Shown one piece after another: positions 19,756-29,944 of a stretch of 64,000 bases of DNA. Within the stretch, counting starts at the first letter, position 1; every line of letters begins with the position of its first letter. The position numbers and the translations under genes are program-made. Below the pieces are notes generated by a model that saw only the letters and a program-made list of their open reading frames with translations, was not told the DNA's origin and did no database searches. This DNA comes from an uncultured Mycobacterium sp. (lineage in GTDB: Bacteria; Actinomycetota; Actinomycetes; Mycobacteriales; Mycobacteriaceae): assembly GCA_964463215.1 (NCBI GenBank), contig CAYXBN010000005.1:7187-71186 (forward strand). The letters run 5' to 3'.

Positions 19756-22700
19756 ATGACACAGGTTCTGAGAGACAACGTCCGCGCCGCCGCCGACGAG
19801 GTGAAGGTGACGCGGATGGTCGCCACCATCGCGGGGTTGCTGGGCTTCGTCCTTGCGGTGCTGACCCCGCTGTTGCCGGTGGTCCAGACCACGGCGACGT
19901 TGAACTGGCCGCAGAACGGTCAGCTCAATAACGTTACCGCGCCGCTGATTTCACTGACTCCGGTCTCGATGGATGCCACGGTGCCCTGCGACGTGATCCG
20001 GGGCATGCCGGCCAAGGGCGGGATGGTGCTCGGCCTCGCTCCCCAGAAGGCGAAGGACGCCAGCCTGAATTCACTGTTCGTGACGGTGGATTCGGAACGG
20101 GTCGACGTAACCGACCGCAATGTGGTAGTCGCCAGTGTGCCGCGGTCAAAGGTCGAAGCGCCCAGCTGCCAGCGGATTGACATCACGTCCACCGAGGACG
20201 GGACTTTCGCGACCTTCATCGGGGTGCCGCCCGATCCGGAGAATGAAGCCGAGCAGGACGAGGATTCCCCGCAGACCGGCTATGACGATCTGCGCAGCGG
20301 GTTCAAGGACCCCAACCTGCGACCGGCGATCGTCGGGGTGTTCACCGACCTGACCGGACCGGCCCCGCCGGGGCTTTCAGTGTCGGCCACCATCGACACC
20401 CGGTTCACCACCCGCCCAACGGCGTTGAAGTTGGCGGCGATGCTGCTGGCGATGGCATCCACTGTGGTGGCGGTGTTGGCGCTATGGCGCTTGGACCGAC
20501 TCGACGGTCACCGGATGCAACGAATCATCCCGACCCGTTGGCGGACCTTGACCTCGGTGGACGTCACCGTGGTGCTGGCCTTCCTGGTCTGGTATGTCAT
20601 CGGCGCCAATTCCTCCGACGATGGCTACATCCTCGGCATGGCCCGAGTCGCCGACCAGGCCGGCTACATGTCGAACTACTTCCGCTGGTTCGGGGTGTCG
20701 GAAGACCCGTTCGGCTGGTACTACAACGTGCTCGCCCTGATGACCCACGTGAGTACCGCGAGCATCTGGATCCGGTTGCCGGATCTGGTGTGCGCGTTGA
20801 TCTGCTGGCTGCTGCTGTCCCGCGAGGTGCTGCCCCGGTTGGGGCCCGCGGTCGCGGCCAGTCGGCCGGCGTTGTGGGCGGCGGGCCTGGTGCTACTGGC
20901 GGCGTGGATGCCGTTCGACAACGGTCTGCGCCCGGAGGGTCAGATCACCACCGGCGCTCTGATCACTTACGTTCTCATCGAACGGGCCATCACCACGGGC
21001 CGATTGACCCCTGCGGCACTGGCCATCATCACCGCGGCGTTCACCCTCGGCATTCAACCGACCGGCCTGATCGCCGTCGCCGCCCTGATCGCCGGCGGCA
21101 GGCCGATCCTGCGGATCCTGATGCGCCGCCGCGCCGTCGTCGGCACCTGGCCGCTGGTGGCCCCCCTGCTGGCGGCTGGAACCGTCATCCTAACGGTGGT
21201 ATTTGCCGACCAGACTCTGGCGACCGTGCTCGAGGCCACCCGGATTCGCACCGAGATCGGCCCCAGCCAGGAGTGGTACACCGAGAACCTTCGCTACTTC
21301 TACCTGATCCTGCCGACCGTGGACGGCTCGCTGTCACGACGCTTCGGCTTCCTGATCACCGCACTGTCGCTGTTCATTTCGATGTTCATCATGTTGCGCC
21401 GTAAGCGTGTTCCCGGTGTAGCCCGCGGCCCGGCCTGGCGGTTGATGGGCGTCATCTTCGCGACGATGTTCACCCTGATGTTCACCCCCACCAAGTGGGT
21501 GCACCACTTCGGGTTGTTCGCCGCCGTCGGCGCTGCGGTGGCCGCACTGGCCACCGTGCTGGTCTCGCCGACTGTACTGCGGTGGTCGCGCAACCGGATG
21601 ACCGTCGTCACCGCCGTGCTGTTCCTGCTCGCGCTGACCTTCGCGAGCACCAACGGCTGGTGGTACGTGGCCAGTTACGGAATACCGTTCAACAATTCGA
21701 TACCGGAGTTCGGCGGGATCACCGTCAGTTCAGTGTTGTTGGCGCTGGCAGTGCTGTCGGGGCTCTACACACTGTGGCTGCACATCACCAGCCGTCGCCA
21801 CGGCGAAGGCCGGCTCACCCGGGCAATGACGACCGCTCCGATCCCAGTCGCGGCCGGGCTGATGGTCGTAGTGTTCTTCGCGTCGATGATCGCCGGCATG
21901 ATCCGGCAGTACCCGACCTACTCCAACGGTTTGGCCAACGTGCGGGCATTGGCCGGCGGTTGCGGGCTGGCCGACAACGTGCTCGTCGAACCCGATGCCA
22001 ATGCGGGGTTCCTGACCCCGCTGCCGGGAGATTACGGACCACTCGGCCCGCTGGGCGGCGACGACCCGATTGGCTTCGGGCCCAACGGCGTAGCGGACAA
22101 GATCGTCGCGGAGGCAATTCGGGTCAACAACCCCACGCCGGGCATCGACCACGACTGGGAGGGTCCGTTCAAACTCTCCAAGTCCGGGATCAACGGGTCC
22201 CGGATCCCGTTGCCCTACAAGCTCGATCCGGCCCGGGTTCCGGTTGCGGGCAGCTACGTCGACACTGGGCAGCAGGAGAGCCGGCTGACCTCCGCCTGGT
22301 ATGAGCTACCAGCGCGCGCCGAGAGCCAACCGCTTGTGGTGGTGACCGCGGCGGGAACCATCGCGGGTACCAGTGTGATCAACGGATTCATCGACGGCCA
22401 GACCGTGGAGTTGGAGTACGGGCGGCCCGGCCCGGACGGCATCGAGCCGGTTGGGCGGGTGAAGCCGTATGACCTCGGCCCGGCGCCATCGTGGCGCAAC
22501 CTTCGGTTCCCGCGCTCGGCGATTCCGGCCGACGCGACCGCGGTTCGGATTGTGGCCGAGGACAAGTCGCTGTCATTGGGCGACTGGGTTGCGGTCACCC
22601 CACCGCGGATCCCCGAGCTACGGACGGTGCAGGAGTACGTCGGATCCACGCAGCCGGTTCTGATGGACTGGGCGGTGGGCCTGGCTTTCCCGTGCCAGCA

Positions 22701-23004
22701 GCCGATGCTGCACTCCAACGGGGTGACGCAGGTGCCGAAGTTCCGGATCACTCCGGACTACCTGGCCAAGAAGAACGATACCGACAGCTGGCAGGACGGC
22801 CGCAACGGCGGCCTGCTGGGGATCAGCGATCTGCTGCTGCGGGCGCACGTGATGTCGACATACCTGTCCGACGACTGGGGTCGGGATTGGGGCTCTCTGC
22901 GCCAGTTCGACACCATTGTCGACGCGACGCCGGCCGAACTGGAGTTGGGTAGTGCCACCCGAAGTGGGCTGTGGTCGCCGGGACAGATCCGAATCAAGGC
23001 GTAG
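19756..23004 (+). CDS. embB: Arabinosyltransferase EmbB
   Basis: NSSDDGYILGMARVADQAGYMSNYFRWFG (Met306 equivalent present), TPTKWVHHFG, C-terminal LWSPGQIRIKA. Confidence 0.96.
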   Translation: MTQVLRDNVRAAADEVKVTRMVATIAGLLGFVLAVLTPLLPVVQTTATLNWPQNGQLNNVTAPLISLTPVSMDATVPCDVIRGMPAKGGMVLGLAPQKAKDASLNSLFVTVDSERVDVTDRNVVVASVPRSKVEAPSCQRIDITSTEDGTFATFIGVPPDPENEAEQDEDSPQTGYDDLRSGFKDPNLRPAIVGVFTDLTGPAPPGLSVSATIDTRFTTRPTALKLAAMLLAMASTVVAVLALWRLDRLDGHRMQRIIPTRWRTLTSVDVTVVLAFLVWYVIGANSSDDGYILGMARVADQAGYMSNYFRWFGVSEDPFGWYYNVLALMTHVSTASIWIRLPDLVCALICWLLLSREVLPRLGPAVAASRPALWAAGLVLLAAWMPFDNGLRPEGQITTGALITYVLIERAITTGRLTPAALAIITAAFTLGIQPTGLIAVAALIAGGRPILRILMRRRAVVGTWPLVAPLLAAGTVILTVVFADQTLATVLEATRIRTEIGPSQEWYTENLRYFYLILPTVDGSLSRRFGFLITALSLFISMFIMLRRKRVPGVARGPAWRLMGVIFATMFTLMFTPTKWVHHFGLFAAVGAAVAALATVLVSPTVLRWSRNRMTVVTAVLFLLALTFASTNGWWYVASYGIPFNNSIPEFGGITVSSVLLALAVLSGLYTLWLHITSRRHGEGRLTRAMTTAPIPVAAGLMVVVFFASMIAGMIRQYPTYSNGLANVRALAGGCGLADNVLVEPDANAGFLTPLPGDYGPLGPLGGDDPIGFGPNGVADKIVAEAIRVNNPTPGIDHDWEGPFKLSKSGINGSRIPLPYKLDPARVPVAGSYVDTGQQESRLTSAWYELPARAESQPLVVVTAAGTIAGTSVINGFIDGQTVELEYGRPGPDGIEPVGRVKPYDLGPAPSWRNLRFPRSAIPADATAVRIVAEDKSLSLGDWVAVTPPRIPELRTVQEYVGSTQPVLMDWAVGLAFPCQQPMLHSNGVTQVPKFRITPDYLAKKNDTDSWQDGRNGGLLGISDLLLRAHVMSTYLSDDWGRDWGSLRQFDTIVDATPAELELGSATRSGLWSPGQIRIKA

Positions 23005-23087
23005 CGGCCCGGGGTATCCCCAGTCGCGGGTTCATCCACAGAGTGTCCGTCGGCCCCCGGCCCGAGTCGGTGGCGCGGCGTAGCGTT

Positions 23088-23103
23088 TCGCACATGAGTT
23101 CGA
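23088..23103. promoter_or_regulatory. LexA (SOS) box-like site over the DUF222/HNH start codon
   Basis: TCGCAC-ATGA-GTTCGA, one mismatch to TCGAAC-N4-GTTCGA; TAGCGT -10-like box at 23081-23086. Confidence 0.7.
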
Positions 23104-24470
23104 TTCCGGGTTCGGCTGCAGCGGTCCTTGACCGACTGGAGGCCGCCGTGGCGGCGCTGGGCACCCTGGACTGGGACGCCCTGCCGGTCTCCGAGCTGCT
23201 CACCCATCTGGACCGGCTGGAAACCCTCCGCCGCCGGAGCACCGCCTGCACCTATGACGGGGCCGCGGCGGTGGACCGCCGCCAGGAGCAGGAACTGGGC
23301 GGGCGCAGCGCCCGCATCCTGGCCGACGTGCTGCGGATCAGCCCCGGTGGGGCCAAACGCCGCATCCACAGCGGCACCCAACTGGCCGGTCGCACCACCC
23401 TGACCGGCCAGCAGGTCCCACCCGAACTACCCGCCACCGCCCAGGCCTGGCACACCGGTGCCCTCGACACCGCGCATCTGCGCACCATCCAGACCTTCTT
23501 CCGCGACCTGCCCGACCATGTCGCCCCCACCGACGCCGCCGCCGCCGAGGCGTTCCTGGCCGAGCAGGCCGCGCTGCTGCGCCCCGACCAACTCGACAAA
23601 CTCGCCGGGCAGCTGGCGCTGCGGCTTAACCCCGACGGCAACTTCTCCGACGCCGACCGGGCACGCAAACGCGGGTTCACCTGGTGCGGCGGGCAGGCCC
23701 CCGACGGGATGAGCACCGCCACACTGATCGCCACCCCCGAACTGCGCGCCATGCTCGAGGCCTGGATGGCCAAGTTCGCCGCCCCCGGGGTGTGCAACCC
23801 CGACGACCAAACCCCCACCCTTACCGGCCAACCCAGCCAGCAGATCATCGACCGCGACGCCCGCAGCCACCCCCAACGCCAACACGACGCCCTCGTCGCG
23901 TTGGTCCGCGGGCAACTCGGCAACCCCGCCCTCGGCGAGCATCGCGGCCTGCCGGTCACCGTGATCGTCTCGGCCACCCTCGACCAACTCCACACCGGCG
24001 CCGGGGTAGCCGTCACCGCCGGCGGCACCCTACTGCCGATACGCGATGTGATCCGGATGGCCAGCCACGCCTGGCACTACCTGGCGCTCTTCGACGACCA
24101 CTCCCACCGGCCCCTGTATCTGGGCCGCACCCGCCGCATCGCCTCCCCCGACCAACGCCTCATCCTGCACAGCACCGACCGCGGCTGCAGCGCCCCGGGC
24201 TGTCACATGCCCGGCTACCTCACCGAAGTCCACCACGTCGAGGAATGGGCCGACGGCGGCCCGACCAACATCGACACCCTCACCTTCGCCTGCAAAGCCC
24301 ACCACGCCCTGGTCAAACCCGGCGGCTGGCGAACCCGCAAACTCAAAGACGGCACCACCCAATGGCTCCCACCACCACAGCTGCCCCTACCCGGCGGCAC
24401 CAACACCTACCACCACCCCGAAAACATGCTGCCTGACGACAGCGGCGGGGCGCGCAGGTTCACGGCCTGA
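23094..24470 (+). CDS. DUF222 / HNH endonuclease of the 13E12 repeat family
   Basis: RSHPQRQHDAL, RIASPDQRLIL, DRGCSAPGC...EVHHVEEWADGGPTNIDTLTFACKAHH; strongly C-rich coding strand. Confidence 0.92.
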   Translation: MSSIPGSAAAVLDRLEAAVAALGTLDWDALPVSELLTHLDRLETLRRRSTACTYDGAAAVDRRQEQELGGRSARILADVLRISPGGAKRRIHSGTQLAGRTTLTGQQVPPELPATAQAWHTGALDTAHLRTIQTFFRDLPDHVAPTDAAAAEAFLAEQAALLRPDQLDKLAGQLALRLNPDGNFSDADRARKRGFTWCGGQAPDGMSTATLIATPELRAMLEAWMAKFAAPGVCNPDDQTPTLTGQPSQQIIDRDARSHPQRQHDALVALVRGQLGNPALGEHRGLPVTVIVSATLDQLHTGAGVAVTAGGTLLPIRDVIRMASHAWHYLALFDDHSHRPLYLGRTRRIASPDQRLILHSTDRGCSAPGCHMPGYLTEVHHVEEWADGGPTNIDTLTFACKAHHALVKPGGWRTRKLKDGTTQWLPPPQLPLPGGTNTYHHPENMLPDDSGGARRFTA

Positions 24471-24504
24471 TCTCGGTGCGCTCGGGGCGTGGGAGACTGG
24501 CCAA

Positions 24505-26397
24505 GTGACCGTCCGGGAGACGATACGGGCTTCGCTGAACCTGCTGAGCCACCGTGACCGTCGTCTGCTTGGCGCGGCCACCGTCCTGCAGATGACGACC
24601 GCACTCCTGGACTTCATCGGCGTTGCTCTCATCGGTCTGGCCGGAACCCTGTCCTTCTCTATGGTCGCCAGCCAGCCACCACCGGCGTTTGTCACCAGAC
24701 TTGCCTCGGCGGTCGGTCTCGGGACGCTCTCCGAGGGAGCATTACTGGCGACGTTTGCCGGTGTCGCCGCCGGGTTTCTGCTCACCAAGAGCTTTGTGTC
24801 TCCGTTGCTGTTGGCTCGAGTCTTCCGGTTTCTTGCCAGGCGTGAGGCCATGGTGTCGGCCCGACTTGCCCAGGAGTTGCTCGCCCGGCCGCTCAGCTTT
24901 GTTCAGCAACGGTCCACCCAGGAGACCGCCCGCGCTCTCATTAGGGGCGTTCGCAATGCGATCGGAGTCGTCCTAGGACAGATGGTCGTCGGCCTCTCCG
25001 AGTTGGCCTTGCTTGCAGCCTTGGCAGTACCACTGCTTCTGATCAACCCAGTCGTCACAGTCGGAGCGATCGCATTCTTCGGAACGCTTACCTGGGCAAC
25101 GCATCGCGTGTTATCCACCCGTGCAGGCAGATTAGGCTCTCAACAGTCTCGGATGGATGATCTGGTCAGCCTGCGGATGATCCAGGAGGCACTCGGTGCC
25201 TACCGGGAGATCACGGTATCGGATCGACGCTCCTACTACGTCGGTCGGCTGAAAAGCCTCCGTGACCGATCAGCGGAGGCTGCAGTGGGTGCCCGAGTGA
25301 TCGCGATGCTGCCGAAGTACCTATCCGAAGCTGGATTGGTTGTGGGCGCCCTGGCACTGGCCGCCGTACTGTTCAGCACCCAGCCGCTTCAAGTCGCCGC
25401 GGGGACATTCGCGGTATTCCTCGCCGCTGCCACGCGGGTAGTACCGGCACTGCTTCGCGTGCAAAGCGCCGCCCTGGCCATCAGAGCTGCAGAAGGTGCG
25501 GCCGAGCCTGCGTTCAGCCTCGCCGAGGATCTGGGTTATCGACCCAATGGTCGTGCCGATAACCACTCCGCTACAAGGGCCTTAACCGCGTTGGGCCATC
25601 AGGACTTCAGTCCGAGTATCCAGGTACGCAACGTCGGCTATGCCTACTCCACCGAGGGTAGACCGGCGCTAATTGGCATCAACCTCGCGGTCCCAGTCGG
25701 CCAAACCATTGCTCTGGTCGGACGCAGCGGCGCGGGCAAGTCGACTTTGGCCGATGTGATCCTCGGGGTGCTCCAGCCCACCACTGGCGAAGTTCGGTTG
25801 GGAGGTATCCCTCCCGGCGATGCCCTGTCGCGTTGGCCCGGCGCGGTTGCCTACGTACCGCAGACGGTGATGATGATCGAAGCGTCAGTGCGCGCCAACG
25901 TAGCGCTGGGCATCCCAGAGGAACTCGTCGACGATGACGCGGTGTGGGAAGCTCTCGGCCGCGCTCAACTGGCAGGCTTTCTGCGCACACAGCCGGCGGG
26001 CCTCGATACGCCGGTCGGCGAGCGGGGGCTGAGGCTCAGCGGCGGGCAGCGCCAGCGACTCGGCATCGCCAGGGCACTTCTTACCCGTCCGCGCCTGCTC
26101 GTGCTTGACGAGGCGACCAGCGCCCTCGACGCTGAAACCGAGCAGGCGATCACCGCAATACTTGACGATCTCGATGAGGACGTGACGGTGGTGATCATTG
26201 CCCACCGACTCTCGACGGTCAGGCACGCTGACCTTGTCGTCTATCTCGAAGACGGCAGCATAGTGTCGACCGGCACCTTTGAGGAGATGTGCGCGCAGGT
26301 CCCTGCCCTCTACCGCCAAGCGGGATTGATGGGACTTTCGGGATCAGCGGCAACCGATCAGCCAGCCAAGCGGCATTGGGATGCGGATCGGCTCTGA
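24505..26397 (+). CDS. Fused ABC exporter (TMD+NBD, MsbA/PglK-like)
   Basis: About 6 TM segments, then GRSGAGKS, LSGGQRQRLGIARAL, LVLDEATSALD, IIAHRLST. Confidence 0.92.
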   Translation: MTVRETIRASLNLLSHRDRRLLGAATVLQMTTALLDFIGVALIGLAGTLSFSMVASQPPPAFVTRLASAVGLGTLSEGALLATFAGVAAGFLLTKSFVSPLLLARVFRFLARREAMVSARLAQELLARPLSFVQQRSTQETARALIRGVRNAIGVVLGQMVVGLSELALLAALAVPLLLINPVVTVGAIAFFGTLTWATHRVLSTRAGRLGSQQSRMDDLVSLRMIQEALGAYREITVSDRRSYYVGRLKSLRDRSAEAAVGARVIAMLPKYLSEAGLVVGALALAAVLFSTQPLQVAAGTFAVFLAAATRVVPALLRVQSAALAIRAAEGAAEPAFSLAEDLGYRPNGRADNHSATRALTALGHQDFSPSIQVRNVGYAYSTEGRPALIGINLAVPVGQTIALVGRSGAGKSTLADVILGVLQPTTGEVRLGGIPPGDALSRWPGAVAYVPQTVMMIEASVRANVALGIPEELVDDDAVWEALGRAQLAGFLRTQPAGLDTPVGERGLRLSGGQRQRLGIARALLTRPRLLVLDEATSALDAETEQAITAILDDLDEDVTVVIIAHRLSTVRHADLVVYLEDGSIVSTGTFEEMCAQVPALYRQAGLMGLSGSAATDQPAKRHWDADRL

Positions 26398-26402
26398 CAC
26401 GA

Positions 26403-28442
26403 CTACAGCCCCGCCTCCACCGGCTGGGGCGCCGGCTCGACCGTCATGATGGGTGCACCAGCGGCGATCTCACCGCCGGCCACCACGTCCAGCGCCCCGT
26501 ACTTCTTGGCATTCAGCACGATGATCGGGGTGATCAGCGGGTAGCCGGCATCCTGGATGACCTTGCGGTCGAAGGTCACCAGCGGCGTTCCCGCGCTGAC
26601 CTTTTGGCCCTTCTCGACCTTCACGTCGAATCCCTCGCCCTTGAGTTTGACCGTGTCGATCCCAATGTGGATGAGGACCTCCACTCCGGTGTCGAGCAGG
26701 ATCCCGAAGGCGTGGCCGGTCGGTTGGGCGGCGATCACGGTGCCCGCCCCGGGCGAGTAGGCGGTATCGCCGGACGGCTCGACCGCAACACCCGGACCCA
26801 TGATGCCCTTGCCGAACACCGGATCCGGGACATCGCTGAGCGCAACTACGGTGCCCGCCAAGGGCGAGACGATCTCGGTGGTCACACCCTTGTCGCCGGC
26901 CTCCTTGGTCGCCGCAGCGGCGACAAGGGTGCCGGGACTCGCGTCACCCATCGGACCTTCCAAATCGGCGACCGTCACGCCGGCGGCAGCCGCCGCGGCC
27001 GCCTGCTCGGGTGTGCGGTAGCCGGACAGGATCACCAGGATCATCGAGGTCAGGAAGGCCGCGAGGATCGCCACCGCGTACAGACCCATGTTGCTGAATG
27101 CTGGGATGGTCAGCAGCGAGGTGAACACGAACGCCTGCGTGGTCACGCCACCGCCGAGACCGATAATGACGCCGCCGACCAGGCAGCCGACCAGCATTCG
27201 TGGATAAATCCGCTTGAACCGCAAATGGATTCCGTACAGCGACGGTTCGGAGATTCCGCCGAGCAGACCAGCCGCCAAGCCGCCCATGGCGGTCTGGCGC
27301 ATCTGCTTGTCGCGCTCACGCCAGGCCAGGAACAGCACACCCGCAGTGGCTCCGAAGCACGCAAAGTTCCATGCGCCCATCGGACCCTGGATGAAGTCGT
27401 AACCCAACGTCTGGATATTCACCAGCATGATCGCGTTGATCGGCCAGTGCAGACCCAGCGGGACCATGAACGGGTAGGCCAGCGGGATCAGAATCGCGAA
27501 GATCAGCGGCGAGAAGTCGTTGACGGACTTGAGGAATCCGCCCAGGGCGGCACCGGTGTAGACGCCGATCGGACCGATCAGGAACGCCGTCAGCGGGATC
27601 ATGATCAGCATCGACACGAACGGCACGAAGATCAACTGCACGTTTTCCGGGATGACCCGTTTCAAGAACTTGTACAACACCCCCAGTACCGCCGCCATCA
27701 ACAATGGCGGGAACACCTGCGAGCTGTAGTTGAAGATCGTCAGCGGCAGACCGAACACCTGCACGACGTCGACCTGGGAGCCGAATACGGTCTTGGGTTC
27801 GGTGAAGTCTTTCAGCGCAGCGAATCCGGGCAGCATGACCACCGCCATGATGGCGAAGCCGACCCAGGGATCGGCTCCGAGTTTCTTCGCGGCGTTGTAG
27901 GCCACCATCAGCGGTAGGAACACGAAAACGCCCTGCCAGCACAGGTTGAGGAACTGCCAGGTAGGCGACAACTGGCTGGCCTCTCGGGGATCGGCCCAGT
28001 TGGGGATCACGTTGAGCGTGCTCATCAACGCCATGAAGGTGATGAACAACGACGCGCCCAACAGCGCACCGAGGATCGGCCGGAAAGAGTCAGAGAGGAA
28101 CTCGAAAAATGAGTCCAGCCAGGCGAACTTGCCGCGGGGTCCCTTGGCGCGCGCGGCGGCTTTGATCGCAGCGGCGTCGTCCCCGCCAGCGCCACCGCCC
28201 ATTCCAGGCAGGGCTTTGATCTGGTTGTAGACCGTCTGCACACCGCCGCCGATCACCACCTGGTAGCGGTTGCCGGCCTGCGGGACCGCGCCCATCACCC
28301 CGGATACCGACTCCAGCGCGGACTGGTCGACCCCGGAGGCATCGTGGAGCGTGAACCGCAACCGGGTAGCACAATGCGACAGGCTCTCGATGTTCCCGGC
28401 GCCGCCCAGTTTGGCGACGATGTCTGCTGCCGTATCCGACAT
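26403..28442 (-). CDS. ptsG: PTS permease EIIBCA, glucose/beta-glucoside type resembling Corynebacterium PtsG
   Basis: EIIB HCATRLR (phospho-Cys), EIIC GISEPSLYG, EIIA TGHAFG and LIHIGIDTV (phospho-His); GGAGG RBS before ATG 28442. Confidence 0.9.
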   Translation of the reverse strand: MSDTAADIVAKLGGAGNIESLSHCATRLRFTLHDASGVDQSALESVSGVMGAVPQAGNRYQVVIGGGVQTVYNQIKALPGMGGGAGGDDAAAIKAAARAKGPRGKFAWLDSFFEFLSDSFRPILGALLGASLFITFMALMSTLNVIPNWADPREASQLSPTWQFLNLCWQGVFVFLPLMVAYNAAKKLGADPWVGFAIMAVVMLPGFAALKDFTEPKTVFGSQVDVVQVFGLPLTIFNYSSQVFPPLLMAAVLGVLYKFLKRVIPENVQLIFVPFVSMLIMIPLTAFLIGPIGVYTGAALGGFLKSVNDFSPLIFAILIPLAYPFMVPLGLHWPINAIMLVNIQTLGYDFIQGPMGAWNFACFGATAGVLFLAWRERDKQMRQTAMGGLAAGLLGGISEPSLYGIHLRFKRIYPRMLVGCLVGGVIIGLGGGVTTQAFVFTSLLTIPAFSNMGLYAVAILAAFLTSMILVILSGYRTPEQAAAAAAAGVTVADLEGPMGDASPGTLVAAAATKEAGDKGVTTEIVSPLAGTVVALSDVPDPVFGKGIMGPGVAVEPSGDTAYSPGAGTVIAAQPTGHAFGILLDTGVEVLIHIGIDTVKLKGEGFDVKVEKGQKVSAGTPLVTFDRKVIQDAGYPLITPIIVLNAKKYGALDVVAGGEIAAGAPIMTVEPAPQPVEAGL

Positions 28443-28548
28443 AAGTTCCAACCCTCCGCGACGCGCCTCAACCCGGTCCAGGCCGAGGTGAATGGATGGT
28501 ATCGACGTTGCGGACCGACTGGATCCGAATCGCGGTGCAATCGTCGGA

Positions 28549-29910
28549 TTACGGCGCCGCCGGGGACTCGTCCGGGGGACCGGGGGCAGGTGCTGCGTCG
28601 GGCTGGGAGGCCGCCGATCGCAGCCGTTCCGGCTGCGGGGACCACACCGTTTCGATGGTGGCCGGATCGACCCCGGCGGGATCCATTCCGGCCGGGGTGG
28701 TCCGGGCGCAGTAGGCCGGCGCTCCGGTTTCGGTGACCGCTGCGGCGCCGAGGACGGCGCAGTCCGCGCCGAGGACCACGACCGGCAGATCCATGCGGGC
28801 GGCGACGGCGGGCGGCGGCGGGGTGGACGTCGCCCCGGGTCCCGTCCCGGGTCGTCCGGGCGTCCCAGCTGACGTCCCGGGCGACGACCCCGGCGGCGGA
28901 GTGGATGACGAGTCCGTCGTACTGCTGGGCCGCCCGGCCAGGAGAGCGGCCACGCCGAGTGCCCCCAGTAGCACCAGCGCACCCGCACCCGCTGCGAGCC
29001 AACGGCGGGCGGTTGCCCGCTGCGGGTGCGCGGTCGCTGCGTCTGCTGGACCGAGGGCTTGCCGCATCGCCGCGGCGAAGTCACGGCAGCGGGGATAGCG
29101 GTCGTCGGGCTTCTTGGCCAGCGCCTTGGCGAACACCGGTACGAACGCGGCCAGGTCGGGCCGGTACTTTCCGACCGCGGGAGGGGCGGAGCTGATGTGC
29201 TGCCCGATGACAACGGCCGGGTTGCTGTCGGTGAACGGGGCGGCGCCGGTAATCAGGTGGTAGGCGGTCGCGGCCAGCGCGTACTGGTCGGCGCGTCCGT
29301 CGATCTGCTGACCGGTCAGCTGTTCCGGCGGGGCATAGGTGACGGTTCCGACCGTCACCTCGGTGCCGGTGAGATCGCTCGGCTGGCCAACCCAGCGGGC
29401 AACACCGAAGTCGGCCAACATGATTCGGTCGAAGGACGCCCCGTTCGGCGTGCCCTCATCCGCGTCCAGTCGGCCCAGCAGGATATTGGCCGGTTTGATG
29501 TCGCGGTGCAGCACATCGCGGCTGTGTGCGAAGTCAAGGGCCTCGGCGACCGCCTCAACGATCCGGACCACTTGCTCGGCCGGGATTCCGGTGCGGTACG
29601 TCTCCGTCATCAGCCGGTAGGCATCGGTACCGTCGACGAACTCCATGGCGATCCACAGTCGGCCGTCGCACTCGCCACGGTCATAGATCGTCACGATGTT
29701 GGGGTGACGCAACGTCGCCACCATCTCGGCTTCCTGGTTGAAGCGCTGGCGGTACTCGGCGTCGTCGCTGACCGCCGTGCCGAGCACTTTAAGTGCGTCA
29801 CGGCGGGGCAGCCGAGGGTGTTCGGCCAGATAGACCTCGCCCATACCCCCTGAGCCGAGGACACCGAGGATGGTGTAGCCGGCGAAAAGCTGTCCGTCAG
29901 CGAGTGGCAC
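28549..29910 (-). CDS. Transmembrane Ser/Thr protein kinase (PknF/PknI-like N-terminus)
   Basis: [34 protein letters not shown], one TM helix, Pro/Thr linker, small two-Cys extracellular domain. Confidence 0.95.
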   Translation of the reverse strand: MPLADGQLFAGYTILGVLGSGGMGEVYLAEHPRLPRRDALKVLGTAVSDDAEYRQRFNQEAEMVATLRHPNIVTIYDRGECDGRLWIAMEFVDGTDAYRLMTETYRTGIPAEQVVRIVEAVAEALDFAHSRDVLHRDIKPANILLGRLDADEGTPNGASFDRIMLADFGVARWVGQPSDLTGTEVTVGTVTYAPPEQLTGQQIDGRADQYALAATAYHLITGAAPFTDSNPAVVIGQHISSAPPAVGKYRPDLAAFVPVFAKALAKKPDDRYPRCRDFAAAMRQALGPADAATAHPQRATARRWLAAGAGALVLLGALGVAALLAGRPSSTTDSSSTPPPGSSPGTSAGTPGRPGTGPGATSTPPPPAVAARMDLPVVVLGADCAVLGAAAVTETGAPAYCARTTPAGMDPAGVDPATIETVWSPQPERLRSAASQPDAAPAPGPPDESPAAP

Positions 29911-29944
29911 GGGGAAACCCTCGGCGCAACCAGAAACCGTGCCG

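Noticed and set aside
22971-23093. N-terminal extension of the DUF222/HNH ORF into embB
   Set aside because: The -10 box and SOS box point to ATG 23094.
23094-24470. DUF222/HNH gene as an IS element
   Set aside because: No transposase motif, terminal inverted repeats or target duplication were seen.
28443-29213. 256-aa N-terminal extension of the PTS ORF as a fusion or overlapping gene
   Set aside because: It runs out of frame through the kinase gene and is low-complexity; a good RBS and ATG exist at 28442.
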